Shown in pieces: positions 36,301 to 47,800 of a stretch of DNA of 64,000 nucleotides. The first letter of the stretch is position 1. Every line of letters begins with the position of its first letter. Both the position numbers and the translations under genes were made by a program. Source of the DNA: Heterodontus francisci (Eukaryota); the NCBI RefSeq assembly GCF_036365525.1, contig NC_090399.1:66706862-66770861 (forward strand), in the 5' to 3' direction. The notes below the pieces were generated by a model, which did not search any database, had not been told where the DNA came from, and saw nothing but the letters and a program-made list of their open reading frames with translations.

Positions 36301-38465
36301 GAACGAGTGAGGGGGGAATTGATAGAGAGGCAACGAATGAGAAGGGAACTGAGAGCAAGGGAGCGAGTGAGGGGGGAACTGAGAGCGAGGGTACGAGTGA
36401 GGGGGGAACTGAGAGCGAGGGAACGAGTGAGGGCGGAGCTGAGAGTGAACGAATGAGAGGGGGGGGACTGAGAGTGAGCGAATCAGTGAGGGTGAAACTG
36501 AGAGCGAGGGAACGAGTGAGGAGGGAACTCAGAGTGAGGGAACGAGTGAGGGGGAACTGAGAGTGAGCAAGTGACTGAGGGGGGAACTGAGAGTGAGCGA
36601 GTGAGTAAGGGGGGAACTGAGAGTGAGCGAACGAGTGAGGGGGGAACTGAGAGCGAGGGTACGAGTGAGGGGGGAACTGAGAGCGAGGGTACGAGTGAGA
36701 GCGGAGCTGAGAGTGAGCGAACGAGTGAGGGGGGAACTGAGAGTGAGCGAACCAGCGAGGGTGAAACTGAGAGCGAGGGATCGAGTGAGGAGGGAACTCA
36801 GAGTGAGGGAACGAGTGAGGGGGGAACTGAGAGCGAGGGAACGAGTGTAGGCGGAACTGAGAGTGAGTGAACGAGTGAGGGGGGAACTGAGAGCGAGTGA
36901 CGGGGGAACTGAGAGCGAGGGAACGAGTGTAGGCGGAACTGAGAGTGAGTGAACGAGTGAGGGGGGAACTGAGAGAGACTGAGTGAGGGGGAACTGAGAG
37001 TGTGCGAGTGAGTGAGGGGGGAACTGAGAGTGAGCGAGTGAGTGATGGGGGAACTGAGATTGAGCGAGTGGAGGGGGAACTGAGAGTGAGCGATTGGAGG
37101 GGGAACTGATTGAGCGAGTGAGGGGGGAACTGAGAGCGGGCGAACGAGTGAGGGAGGAACTGAGAGCGAGAGAACGATTGAGGGGGGAACTGAGAGTGAG
37201 TGAACGAGTGACGGGGGAACTGAGAGCGAGCGAACGAGTGTGGGGGGAACTGACAGCGAGCGAATGAGTGAGGGGGCAACTGAGAGTGAGCGAATTACTG
37301 AGGGGGGAATTGAGAGAGAAGGAACGAGTGAGGGGGGAATTGAGAGAGAGGGAACGAGTGAGAGGGGGAACTGAGAGCGAGGAAGCGAGTGAGAGGGGAA
37401 CTGAGAGTGAGCGAATTACTGAGGGGGGAATTGAGAGAGAAGGAACGAGTGTGGGGGGAATTGAGAGAGAGGGAACGAGTGAGAGGGGGAACTGAGAGCG
37501 AGGGAGCGAGTGAGAGGGGAACTGAGAGTGAGCGAATTACTGAGGGGGGAATTGAGAGAGAAGGAACGAGTGAGGGGGGGAACTGAGAGCGAGGGAGCGA
37601 GTGAGAGGGGAACTGAGAGTGAGCGAATTACTGAGGGGGGAATTGAGAGAGAAGGAACGAGTGAGGGGGGGAACTGAGAGCGAGGGAGCGAGTGAGAGGG
37701 GAAATGAGAGTGAGCGAATTACTGAGGGGGGAATTGAGAGAGAGGGAACGAGTGAGAGGGGAACTGAGAGCGAGGGAGAGAGTGAGAGGGGAACTGAGAG
37801 CGAGGGAACGAGTGAGGGGGGAACTGAGAGAGAGGGAATGAGTGAGGGGGGAACTGAGAGAGAGGGAACGAATGAGGGGGTTACTGAGAGAGAGGGAACG
37901 AGTGAGGGGGGAGCTGAGAGCGAGTAAACGAGTGAGGGGGGAACTGAGAGAGAGGGAATGAGTGAGGGGGGAACTGAGAGAGAGGGAACGAATGAGGGGG
38001 GTACTGAGAGCGAGTAAATGAGTGAGGGGGAACTGAGAGAGAGGGAATGAGTGAGGGGGGAACTGAGAGAGAGGGAACGAATGAGGGGGTTACTGAGAGA
38101 GAGGGAACGAATGAGGGGGGAACTGAGAGCGAGTGAGGGGGGAACTAAGAGCGAGAGAACGAGTGAGAGGGGAACTGAGAGCGAGTGAACCAGTGAGGGG
38201 GGAACTGAGAGAGAGGGAACGAATGAGGGGGGTACTGAGAGCAAGACAACGAGTGAGGGGGAACTGAGAGACAGTGAACGAGTGAGGGGGGAAATGAGAG
38301 TGAGCGAGTGGAGGGGTAACTGAGAGTGAGCGAGTGGAGGGGGCACTGAGTGAGCGAGTGAGTGAGGTGGGAACTGAGAGTGAGTGAGTGAGGGGGGAAC
38401 TGGAGAGTGAGCGAGTGGAGGGGGAACTGAGAGTGAGCGAGTGAGTGATTGAGGGGGGTAACTGA
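15320..38465 (+). repeat. Purine-rich ~30-bp minisatellite (consensus GAACTGAGAGTGAGTGAACGAGTGAGGGGG, roughly 800 units) filling the 23,313-bp alpha2-alpha3 intron (15242-38554)
   Basis: 30-nt periodicity is visible as vertically aligned columns (e.g. 17761-18000, 26401-27340). There are 24-28-bp deletion variants, and the array degenerates at both ends. Boundaries are approximate. Confidence 0.97.
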
Positions 38466-38530
38466 GGCGGGCGGGTGAGGGGAGTGGGATGGACCGAGAG
38501 AGGGCGAGTCTGTTTCTCTGGATTACTGGA

Positions 38531-38554
38531 CTAACTCCTCTCTCTCTGTCTCAG
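38531..38554 (+). promoter_or_regulatory. 3' splice site of the alpha3 exon (branch point, polypyrimidine tract, CAG)
   Basis: CTAACtcctctctctctgtctCAG lies in the short unique stretch that ends the purine-rich array. Confidence 0.9.
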
Positions 38555-38818
38555 TTGCTCCCTCCGTGTCCTTTACCCGTCGCGGTGATAGTAACCGACT
38601 GTCCTGTGTCACCACTGGGTTTTACCCTCAAGCCATCGAGGTGACTCTGCGCAGAGATGGGGTTTCCCTCGATGAATCTCTCTCCGACGGGATCCTTCCC
38701 AATCACGATGGCACCTACCAGACCCACAAATGGACTGATGTTGATCCCGAGGACCAGGCCAAGTTCTCCTGTGAGGTGGATCACAGCGGGCTGAAGGAGA
38801 AGATGGTGGTGTTTTATG
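38555..38818 (+). CDS. UAA: MHC class I alpha3 (Ig C1-set) exon (phase 1-1, 264 nt): (V)APSVSFTRRGDSNRLSCVTTGFYPQAIEVTLRRDGVSLDESLSDGILPNHDGTYQTHKWTDVDPEDQAKFSCEVDHSGLKEKMVVFY
   Basis: Branch point CTAAC (38531-38535), pyrimidine tract and cag| at 38554; donor G|GTAAGT at 38818/38819. Ig-C1 motifs LSC..TGFYP, PNHDGTYQ and FSC.V.H.GL. In frame with the alpha2 exon. Confidence 0.96.
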
Positions 38819-38837
38819 GTAAGTCTTTCTCCCACAG

Positions 38838-41800
38838 TGAGAGGATCCAGTCTCACTACAGGAGGGAGGGAGGGTCAGTGCTGAGCTGCGTGAGGATCCA
38901 GTCTCACTACAGGAGGGAGGGTCCGTGCTGAGCTGTGTGAGGATCCAGTCTCACTACAGGAGGGAGGGTCAGGGCTGAGCTGTGTGAGGATCCAGTCTCA
39001 CTACAGGAGGGAGGGTCCGTGCTGAGCTGTGTGAGGATCCAGTCTCACGACAGGAGGGAGGGTCAGTGCTGAGCTGTGTGAGGATCCAGTCTCACTACAG
39101 GAGGGAGGGTCAGTGCTGAGCTGTGTGAGGATCCAGTCTCACTACAGGAGGGAGGGTCAGTGCAGAGCAGTGTGAGGATCCAGTCTCACTACAGGAGGGA
39201 GGGTCAGTGCTGAGCTGTGTGAGGATCCAGTCTCACTACAGGAGGGACGGTCAGTGCTGAGCTGTGTGAGGATCCAGTCTCACCGCAGGAGGGAGGGTCA
39301 GTGTTGAGCTGTGTGAGGATCCAGTCTCAGTACAGGAGGGAGGGTCAGTGCTGAGCTGTGTGAGGATCCAGTCTCACTACAGGAGAGAGTGTCAGCTCTG
39401 AGCTGTGTGAGGATCCAGTCTCCACTACAGGAGGGAGGGTCAGTGCTGAGCTGTGTGAGGATCCAGTCTCACGACAGGAGGGAGGGTCAGTGCTGAGCTG
39501 TGTGAGTATCCAGTCTCACTACAGGAGGGAAGGTCAGTGCTGAGCTGTGTGAGGATCCAGTCTCACTACAGGAGGGAGGGTCAGTGCTGAGCTGCGTGAG
39601 GATCCAGTCTCACTACAGGAGGGAGGGAGGGTCAGTGCTGAGCTGTGTGAGGATCCAGCCTCACTACAGGAGGGAGGGTCAGTGCTGAGCTGCGTGAGGA
39701 TCCAGTCTCACTACAGGAGGGAGGGAGGGTCAGTGCTGAGCTGTGTGAGGATGCAGTCTCACTACAGGAGGGAGGGTCAGTGCTGAGCTGTGTGAGGATC
39801 CAGTCTCACTACAGGAGGGAGGGTCAGTGCTGAGCTGCGTGAGGATCCAGTCTCACTACAGGAGGGAGGGAGGGTCAGTGCTGAGCTGTGTGAGGATGCA
39901 GTCTCACTACAGGAGGGAGGGTCAGTGCTGAGCTGTGTGAGGATCCAGTCTCACTACAGGAGGGAGGGAGGGTCAGTGCTGAGCTGTGTGAGGATCCAGT
40001 CTCACGACAGGAGGGAGGGTCAGTGCTGAGCAGTGTGAGGATCCAGTCTCACTACAGGAGAGAGGGTCTGTGCTGAGCTGTGTGAGGATCCAGTCTCCAC
40101 TACAGGAGGGAGGGTCAGTGCTGAGCTGTGTGAGGATCCAGTCTCACGACAGGAGGGAGGGTCAGTGCTGAGCTGTGTGAGTATCCAGTCTCACTACAGG
40201 AGGGAAGATCAGTGCTGAGCTGTGTGAGGATCCAGTCTCACTCCAGGAGGGAGCGTCAGTGCTGAGCTGTGTGAGGATCCAGTCTCACTACAGGAGGGAG
40301 GGTCAGTGCTGAGCTGTGTGAGGATCCAGTCTCACTACAGGAGGGAGGCCCATTGCTGAGCTGTGTGAGGATCCAGTCCCACTACAGGAGGGAGGGTCAG
40401 TGCTGAGCTGTGTGAGGATCCAGTCTCACTACAGGAGGGAGGGTCAGTGCTGAGCTGTGTGAGGATCCAGTCTCAATACAGGAGGGAGGGAGGGTCAGTG
40501 CTGAGCTGTGTGAGGATCCAGTCTCACTACAGGAGGGAGGGAGGGTCAGTGCTGAGCTGTGTGAGGATCCAGTATCACTACTGGAGGGAGGGAGGGTCAG
40601 TGCTGAGCTGTGGGAGGATTCAGTCTCACTGCAGGAGGGAGGGTCAGTGCTGAGCTGTGTGAGGATCCAGTCTCACTACAGGAGGGAGGGTCAGTGCTGA
40701 GCTGTGTGAGGATCCAGTCTCACTACAGGATGGAGGGTCAGTGCTGAGCTGTGTGAGGATCAATTCTCACGACAGGAGGGAGGGTCAGTGCTGAGCTGTG
40801 TCCGGATCCAGTCTCACTACAGGATGGAGGGAGGGTCAGTGCTGAGCTGTGTGAGGATCCAGTCTCACTACAGGAGGGACGGTCAGTGCTGAGCTGTGTG
40901 AGGATCCAGTCTCACCGCAGGAGGGAGGGTCAGTGTTGAGCTGTGTGAGGATCCAGTCTCCACTACAGGAGGGAGGGTCAGTCCTGGGCTGTGTGAGGAT
41001 CCAGTCTCACTACAGGAGGGAGGGAGGGTCCGTGCTGAGCTGTGTGAGGATCCAGTCTCACTACAGGAGGGCGGGTCAGTGCTGAGCTGTGTGAGGATCC
41101 AGTCTCACTACAGGAGGGAGGGTCAGTGCTGAGCTGTGTGAGGATCCAGTCTCTCTACAGGAGGGAGGGAGGGTCAGTGCTGAGCTGTGTGAAGATCCAG
41201 TCTCACTACAGGAGGGAGGGTCAGTGCTGAGCTGTGTGAGGATCCAGTCTCACTACAGGAGGGAGGGAGGGTCAGTGCTGAGCTGTGTGAGGATGCAGTC
41301 TCACTACAGGAGGGAGGGTCAGTGCTGAGCTGTGTGAGGATCCAGTCGCACTACAGGAGGGAGGGAGGGTCAGTGCTGAGTAGTGTGAGGATCCAGTCTC
41401 ACTACATGAGGGAGGGAGGGTCAGTGCTGAGCTGTGTGAGGATCCAGTCTGACTCCAGGAGGGAGGGAGCGTCAGTGCTGAGCTGTGTGAGGATCCAGTC
41501 TCACTGCAGGAGGGAGGGAGGGTCATGCTAAGCTGTGTCAGGATCCAGTCTGACTCCAGGAGGGAGGGAGCGTCAGTGCTGAGCTGTGTGAGGATCCAGT
41601 CTCACTACAGGAGGGAGGGTCAGTGCTGGGCTGTGTGAGGATCCAGTCTCACTACAGGAGGGAGGGAGGGTCCGTGCTGAGCTGTGTTAGGATCCAATAT
41701 CACTACAGGAGGGCGGGTCAGTGCTGAGCTGTGTGAGGATCCAGTCTCACTACAGGAGGGAGGGTCAGTGCTGAGCTGTGTGAGGATCCTGTCTCTCTAC

Positions 41801-44800
41801 AGGAGGGAGGGAGGATCAGTGCTGAGCTGTGTGAGGATCCAGTCTCACTGCAGGAGGGAGGGAGGGTCAGTGCTGAGCTGTGTGAGGATCCAGTCTCCAC
41901 TACAGGAGGGAGGGTCAGTGCTGAGCTTTGTGAGGATCCAGTCTCACTACAGGAGGGAGGGTCAATGCTGAGCTGTGTGAGGATCCAGTCTCCACTACAG
42001 GAGGGAGGGTCGGTGCTGAGCTGTGTGAGGATCCAGTCTCAGTACAGGAGGGAGGGTCAGTGCTGAGCTGTGTGAGGATCCAGTCTCACTACAGGAGAGA
42101 GGGTCAGCTCTGAGCTGTGTGAGGATCCAGTCTCCACTACAGGAGGGAGGGTCAGTGCTGAGCTGTGTGAGGATCCAGTCTCACGACAGGAGGGAGGGTC
42201 AGTGCTGAGCTGTGTGAGTATCCAGTCTCACTACAGGAGGGAAGGTCAGTGCTGAGCTGTGTGAGGATCCAGTCTCACTACAGGAGGGAGGGTCAGTGCT
42301 GAGCTGCGTGAGGATCCAGTCTCACTACAGGAGGGAGGGAGGGTCAGTGCTGAGCTGTGCGAGGATCCAGCCTCACTACAGGAGGGAGGGTCAGTGCTGA
42401 GCTGCGTGAGGATGCAGTCTCACTACAGGAGGGAGGGAGGGTCAGTGCTGAGCTGTGTGAGGATGCAGTCTCACTACAGGAGGGAGGGTCAGTGCTGAGC
42501 TGTGTGAGGATCCAGTCTCACTACAGGAGGGAGGGAGGGTCAGTGCTGAGCTGTGTGAGGATCCAGTCTCACGACAGGAGGGAGGGTCAGTGCTGAGCAG
42601 TGTGAGGATCCAGTCTCACTACAGGAGAGAGGGTCAGTGCTGAGCTGTGTGAGGATCCAGTCTCCACTACAGGAGGGAGGGTCAGTGCTGAGCTGTGTGA
42701 GGATCCAGTCTCACGACAGGAGGGAGGGTCAGTGCTGAGCTGTGTGAGTATCCAGTCTCACTACAGGAGGGAAGATCAGTGCTGAGCTGTGTGAGGATCC
42801 AGTCTCACTCCAGGAGGGAGCGTCAGTGCTGAGCTGTGTGAGGATCCAGTCTCACTACAGGAGGGAGGGTCAGTGCTGAGCTGCGTGAGGATCCAGTCTC
42901 ACTACAGGAGGGAGGGAGGGTCAGTGCTGAGCTGTGTGAGGATGCAGTCTCACTACAGGAGGGAGGGTCAGTGCTGAGCTGTGTGAGGATCCAGTCTCAC
43001 TACAGGAGGGAGGGAGGGTCAGTGCTGAGCTGTGTGAGGATCCAGTCTCACGACAGGAGGGAGGGTCAGTGCTGAGCAGTGTGAGGATCCAGTCTCACTA
43101 CAGGAGAGAGGGTCAGTGCTGAGCTGTGTGAGGATCCAGTCTCACTACAGGAGGGAGGGTCAGTGCTGGGCTGTGTGAGGATCCAGTCTCACTACAGGAG
43201 GGAGGGAGGGTCCGTGCTGAGCTGTGTTAGGATCCAATATCACTACAGGAGGGCGGGTCAGTGCTGAGCTGTGTGAGGATCCAGTCTCACTACAGGAGGG
43301 AGGGTCAGTGCTGAGCTGTGTGAGGATCCTGTCTCTCTACAGGAGGGAGGGAGGATCAGTGCTGAGCTGTGTGAGGATCCAGTCTCACTGCAGGAGGGAG
43401 GGAGGGTCAGTGCTGAGCTGTGTGAGGATCCAGTCTCCACTACAGGAGGGAGGGTCAGTGCTGAGCTTTGTGAGGATCCAGTCTCACTACAGGAGGGAGG
43501 GTCAATGCTGAGCTGTGTGAGGATCCAGTCTCACTGCAGGAGGGAGGGAGGGTCAGTGTTGAGCTGTGTGAGATCCAGTCTCACTACAGGTGGGAGGGTC
43601 AGTGCTGAGCTGTGTGAGGATCCAGTCTCACTACAGGAGGGAGGGTCAGTGCTGAGCTGTGTGAGGATCCAGTCTCACTACAGGAGGGAGGGAGGGTCAG
43701 TGCTGAGCTGTGTGAGGATCCAGTCTCACTACAGGAGGGAGGGAGGGTCAGTGCTGAGCTGTGTGAAGATCCAGTCTCACTACAGGAGGGAGGGTCAGTG
43801 CTGAGCTGTGTGAGGATCCAGTCTCACTACAGGAGGGAGGGAGGGTCAGTGCTGAGCTGTGTGAGGATGCAGTCTCACTACAGGAGGGAGGGTCAGTGCT
43901 GAGCTGTGTGAGGATCCAGTCTGACACCAGGAGGGAGGGAGCGTCAGAGCTGAGCTGTGTGAGGATCCAGTCTCACGACAGGAGGGAGGGAGGGTCAATG
44001 TTGAGCTGTGAGGAGATCCAGTCTGACTCCAGGAGGGAGGGAGGGTCAGTGCTGAGCTGTGTGAGGATCCAGTCTCACTGCAGCAGGGAGGGAGGGTCAT
44101 GCTAAGCTGTGTGAGGATCCAGTCTGACTCCAGGAGGCAGGGAGCGTAAGTACTGAGCTGCGTGAGGATCCAGTCTCACGACAGGAGGGAGGGAGGGTCA
44201 GTGTTGAGCTGTGTGAGGATCCAGTCTCACGACAGGAGGGAGGGAGGGTCAGTGCTGAGCTGTGTGAGGATCCAGTCTCACTACAGGAGGGAGGGAGGGT
44301 CAGTGTTGAGCTATGTGAGGATCCAGTCTTACGACAGGAGGGAGGGTCAGTGCTGAGCTGTGTGAGGATCCAGTCTAACTCCAGGAGGGAGGGAGTGTCA
44401 GTGCTGAGCTGTGTGAGGATCCAGTCTCACTACAGGAGGGAGTGTCAATGCTGAGCTGTGTGAGGATCCAGTCTCCACTACAGGAGAGAGGGTCAGTGCT
44501 GAGCTGTGTGAGGATCCAGTCTCACTACAGGAGGGAGTGTCAATGCTGAGCTGTGTGAGGATCCAGTCTCCACTACAGGAGGGAGGGTCAATGCTGAGCT
44601 GTGTGAGGATCCAGTCTCCACTACAGGAGGGAGGGTCAGTGCTGAGCTGTATGACGATCCAGTCTCAGTACAGGAGGGAGGGTCAGTGCTGAGCTGTGTG
44701 AGGATCCAGTCTCACTACAGGAGAGAGGGTCAGTGCTGAGCTGTGTGAGGATCCAGTCTCCACTACAGGAGGGAGGGTCAGTGCTGAGCTGTGTGAGGAT

Positions 44801-47800
44801 CCAGTCTCACGACAGGAGGGAGGGTCAGTGCTGAGCTGTGTGAGTATCCAGTCTCACTACAGGAGGGAAGGTCAGTGCTGAGCTGTGTGAGGATCCAGTC
44901 TCACTCCAGGAGGGAGGGAGGGTCAGTGCTGAGCTGTGTGAGGACGCAGTCTCACTACAGGAGGGAGGGTCAGTGCTGAGCTGTCTGAGGATCCAGTCTC
45001 ACTACAGGAGGGAGGGAGGGTCAGTGCTGAGCTGTGTGAGGATCCAGTCTCACGACAGGAGGGAGGGTCAGTGCTGAGCTGTCTGAGGATCCAGTCTCAC
45101 TGCAGGAGGGAGGGAGGGTCACTGCTGAGCTGTGTGAGGATCCAGTCTCACTACAGGAGGGAGGGAGGGTCAGTGTTGAGCTGTGTGAGATCCAGTCTCA
45201 CTACAGGAGGGACGGTCAGTGCTGAGCTGTGTGAGGATCCAGTCTCACTACAGGAGGGAGGGTCAGTGCTGAGCTGTGTGAGGATCCAGTCACACTACAG
45301 GAGGGAGGGTCAGTGCTGAGCTGTGTGAGGATCCAGACTGACTACAGGAGGGAGGGAGGGTCAGTGTTGAGCTGTGTGAGGATCCCTCTCACGACAGGAG
45401 GGAGGGTCAGTGCTGAGCTGTGTGAGGATCCAGTCTCACTACAGGAGCGAGGGAGGATCAGTGCTGAGCTGTGTGAGGATCCAGTCTCACTACAGGAGGG
45501 AGGGTCAGTGCTGAGCAGTGTGAGGATCCAGTCTCACTACAGGAGGGAGGGAGGGTCAGTGCTGAGCTGCGTGAGGATCCAGTCTCACTACAGGAGGGAG
45601 GATCAGTGCTGAGCTGTGTGAAGATCCAGTCTCACTACAGGATGGAGGGTCAGTGCTGAGCTGTGTGAGGATCCATTCTCACTACAGGAAGGAGGGTCAG
45701 TGCTGAGCTGTGTGAGGATCCAGTCTCACGACAGGAGGGAGGGTCAGTGCTGAGCTGTGTGAGGATCCAGTCTCACTACAGGAGGGAGGGTAAGTGCTGG
45801 GCTGTGTGAGGATCCAGTCTCACTACAGGAGGGAGGGAGGGTCAGTGCTGAGCTGTGTGAGGATCCAGTCTCACTACAGGAGGGCGGGTCAGTGCTGAGC
45901 TGTGTGAGGATCCAGTCTCACTACAGGAGGCAGGGTCAGTGCTGAGCTGTGTGAGGATCCAGTCTCTCTACAGGAGGGAGGGAGGGTCAGTGCTGAGCTG
46001 TGTGAGGATCCAGTCTCAAGACAGGAGGGAGGGAGGGTCAGTGCTGAGCTGTGTGAGGATCCAGTCTCACTACAGGAGGGAGGGTCAGTGCTGAGCTGTG
46101 TGAGGATCCAATCTCACTGCAGGAGGGAGGGTCAGTGCTGAGCTGTGTGAGGATCCAGTCTCACGACAGGAGGGAGGGTCAGTGCTGAGCTGTGTGAGGA
46201 TCCAGTCTCTCTACAGGACGGAGGGTCAGTGCTGAGCTGTGTGAGGATCCAGTCTCACTACAGGAGGCAGGGAGAGTCAGTGCTGAGCTGTGTGAGGATC
46301 CAGTCTCACTACAGGAGGGAGGGTCAGTGCTGAGCTGTGTGAGGATCCAGTCTCACTCCAGGAGGGAGGGAGGGTCAGTGCTGAGCTGTGTGAGGATCCA
46401 GTCTCACTGCAGGAGGGAGGGTCAGTGCTGAGCTGTGTGAGGATCCAGTCTCATTGCAGGAGGGAGGGTCAGTGCTGAGCTGTGTGAGGATCCAGTCTCA
46501 CTACAGGAGGGAGGATCAGTGCTGAGCTGTGTGAGGATCCAGTCTCAATACAGGAGGGAGGGAGAGTCAGTGATGAGCTGTGTGAGGATCCAGTCTCACT
46601 ACAGGAGGGAGGGTCAGTGCTGAGCTGTGCGAGGATCCAGTCTCACTACAGGAGGGAGGGTCAGTGCTGAGCTGTGTGAGGATCCAGTCTCACTACAGGA
46701 GGGAGGGTCAGTGCTGAGCTGTGTGAAGATCCATTCTCACTACAGGAGGGAGGGTCAGATCTGAGCTGCGTGAGGATCCAGTCTCACTACAGGAGGGAGG
46801 GTCAGTGCTGAGCTGTGTGAGGATCCAGTCTCAATACAGGAGGGAGGGTCAGTGCTGAGCTGTGTGAGGATCCAGTCTTACGACAGGAGGGAGGGTCAGT
46901 GCTGAGCTGTGTGAGGATCCAGTCTGACTCCAGGAGGGAGGGAGTGTCAGTGCTGAGCTGTGTGAGGATCCAGTCTCACTACAGGAGGGAGGGTCAGTGT
47001 TGAGCTATGTGAGGATCCAGTCTCACTCAAGAAGGAGGGTCAGTGCTGAGCTGTGTGAGGATCCAGTCTCACTACAGGAGGGAGGGTCAGTGTTGAGCTA
47101 TGTGAGGATCCAGTCTCACTACAGGAGGGAGGGTCAGTGCTGAGCTGTGTGAGGATCCAGTCTCACTACAGGAGGGAGGGTCAGTGTTGAGCTATGTGAG
47201 GATCCAGTCTCACTACAGGAGGGAGGGTCAGTGCTGAGCTGTGCGAGGATCCAGTCTCACTACAGGAGGGAGGGTCAGTGTTGAGCTATGTGAGGATCCA
47301 GTCTCACTACAGGAGGGAGGGTCAGTGCTAAGCTATGTGAGGATCCAGTCTCACTAGAGGAGGGAGAGTCAGTGCTGAGCTGTCTGAGGATCCAGTCTCA
47401 CAACAAGAGGGAGGGTCAGTGCTGAGCTGTGTAATGATCCAGGCTCACTAAAGGAGGGAGGGAGGGACTGTGCTGAGCTGTGTGAGGATCCAGGATCACC
47501 ACAGGAGGGAGGGAGGGTCAGTGCTGAGCTGTGTGAGGATCCAGTCTCACGACAGGAGGGAGGGTCAGTGCTGAGCTGTGTGAGGATCCAGTCTCACTAC
47601 AGGAGGGAGGGTCAGTGCTGAGCTGTGTGAGGATCCAGTCTCACTACAGGAGGGAGGGTCAGTGCTGAGCTGTGTGAAGATCCATTCTCACTACAGGAGG
47701 GAGGGTCAGATCTGAGCTGCGTGAGGATCCAGTCTTACGACAGGAGGGAGGGTCAGTGCTGAGCTGTGTGAGGATCCAGTCTGACTCCAGGAGGGAGGGA

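Noticed and set aside
15119-38346. Very long minus-strand ORFs (up to 1232 aa; S/L/P/H-rich, mucin- or extensin-like)
   Set aside because: They are an artefact of a 30-bp unit (a multiple of 3) whose pyrimidine-rich strand lacks stop codons. All three frames are open over the same region, which is antisense to an intron.
38641-38660. Missing Ig-core tryptophan in alpha3 (EVTLRRDG) and an extra Cys in alpha2 (MCGC) as signs of a pseudogene
   Set aside because: As I recall, shark UAA proteins share both features (IEV.L.RD and MCGC). Frames and splice sites are intact.
38819-38837. Acceptor-like tctttctcccacag right after the alpha3 donor
   Set aside because: It would define a 19-nt intron, too short to splice, and no plausible exon follows.
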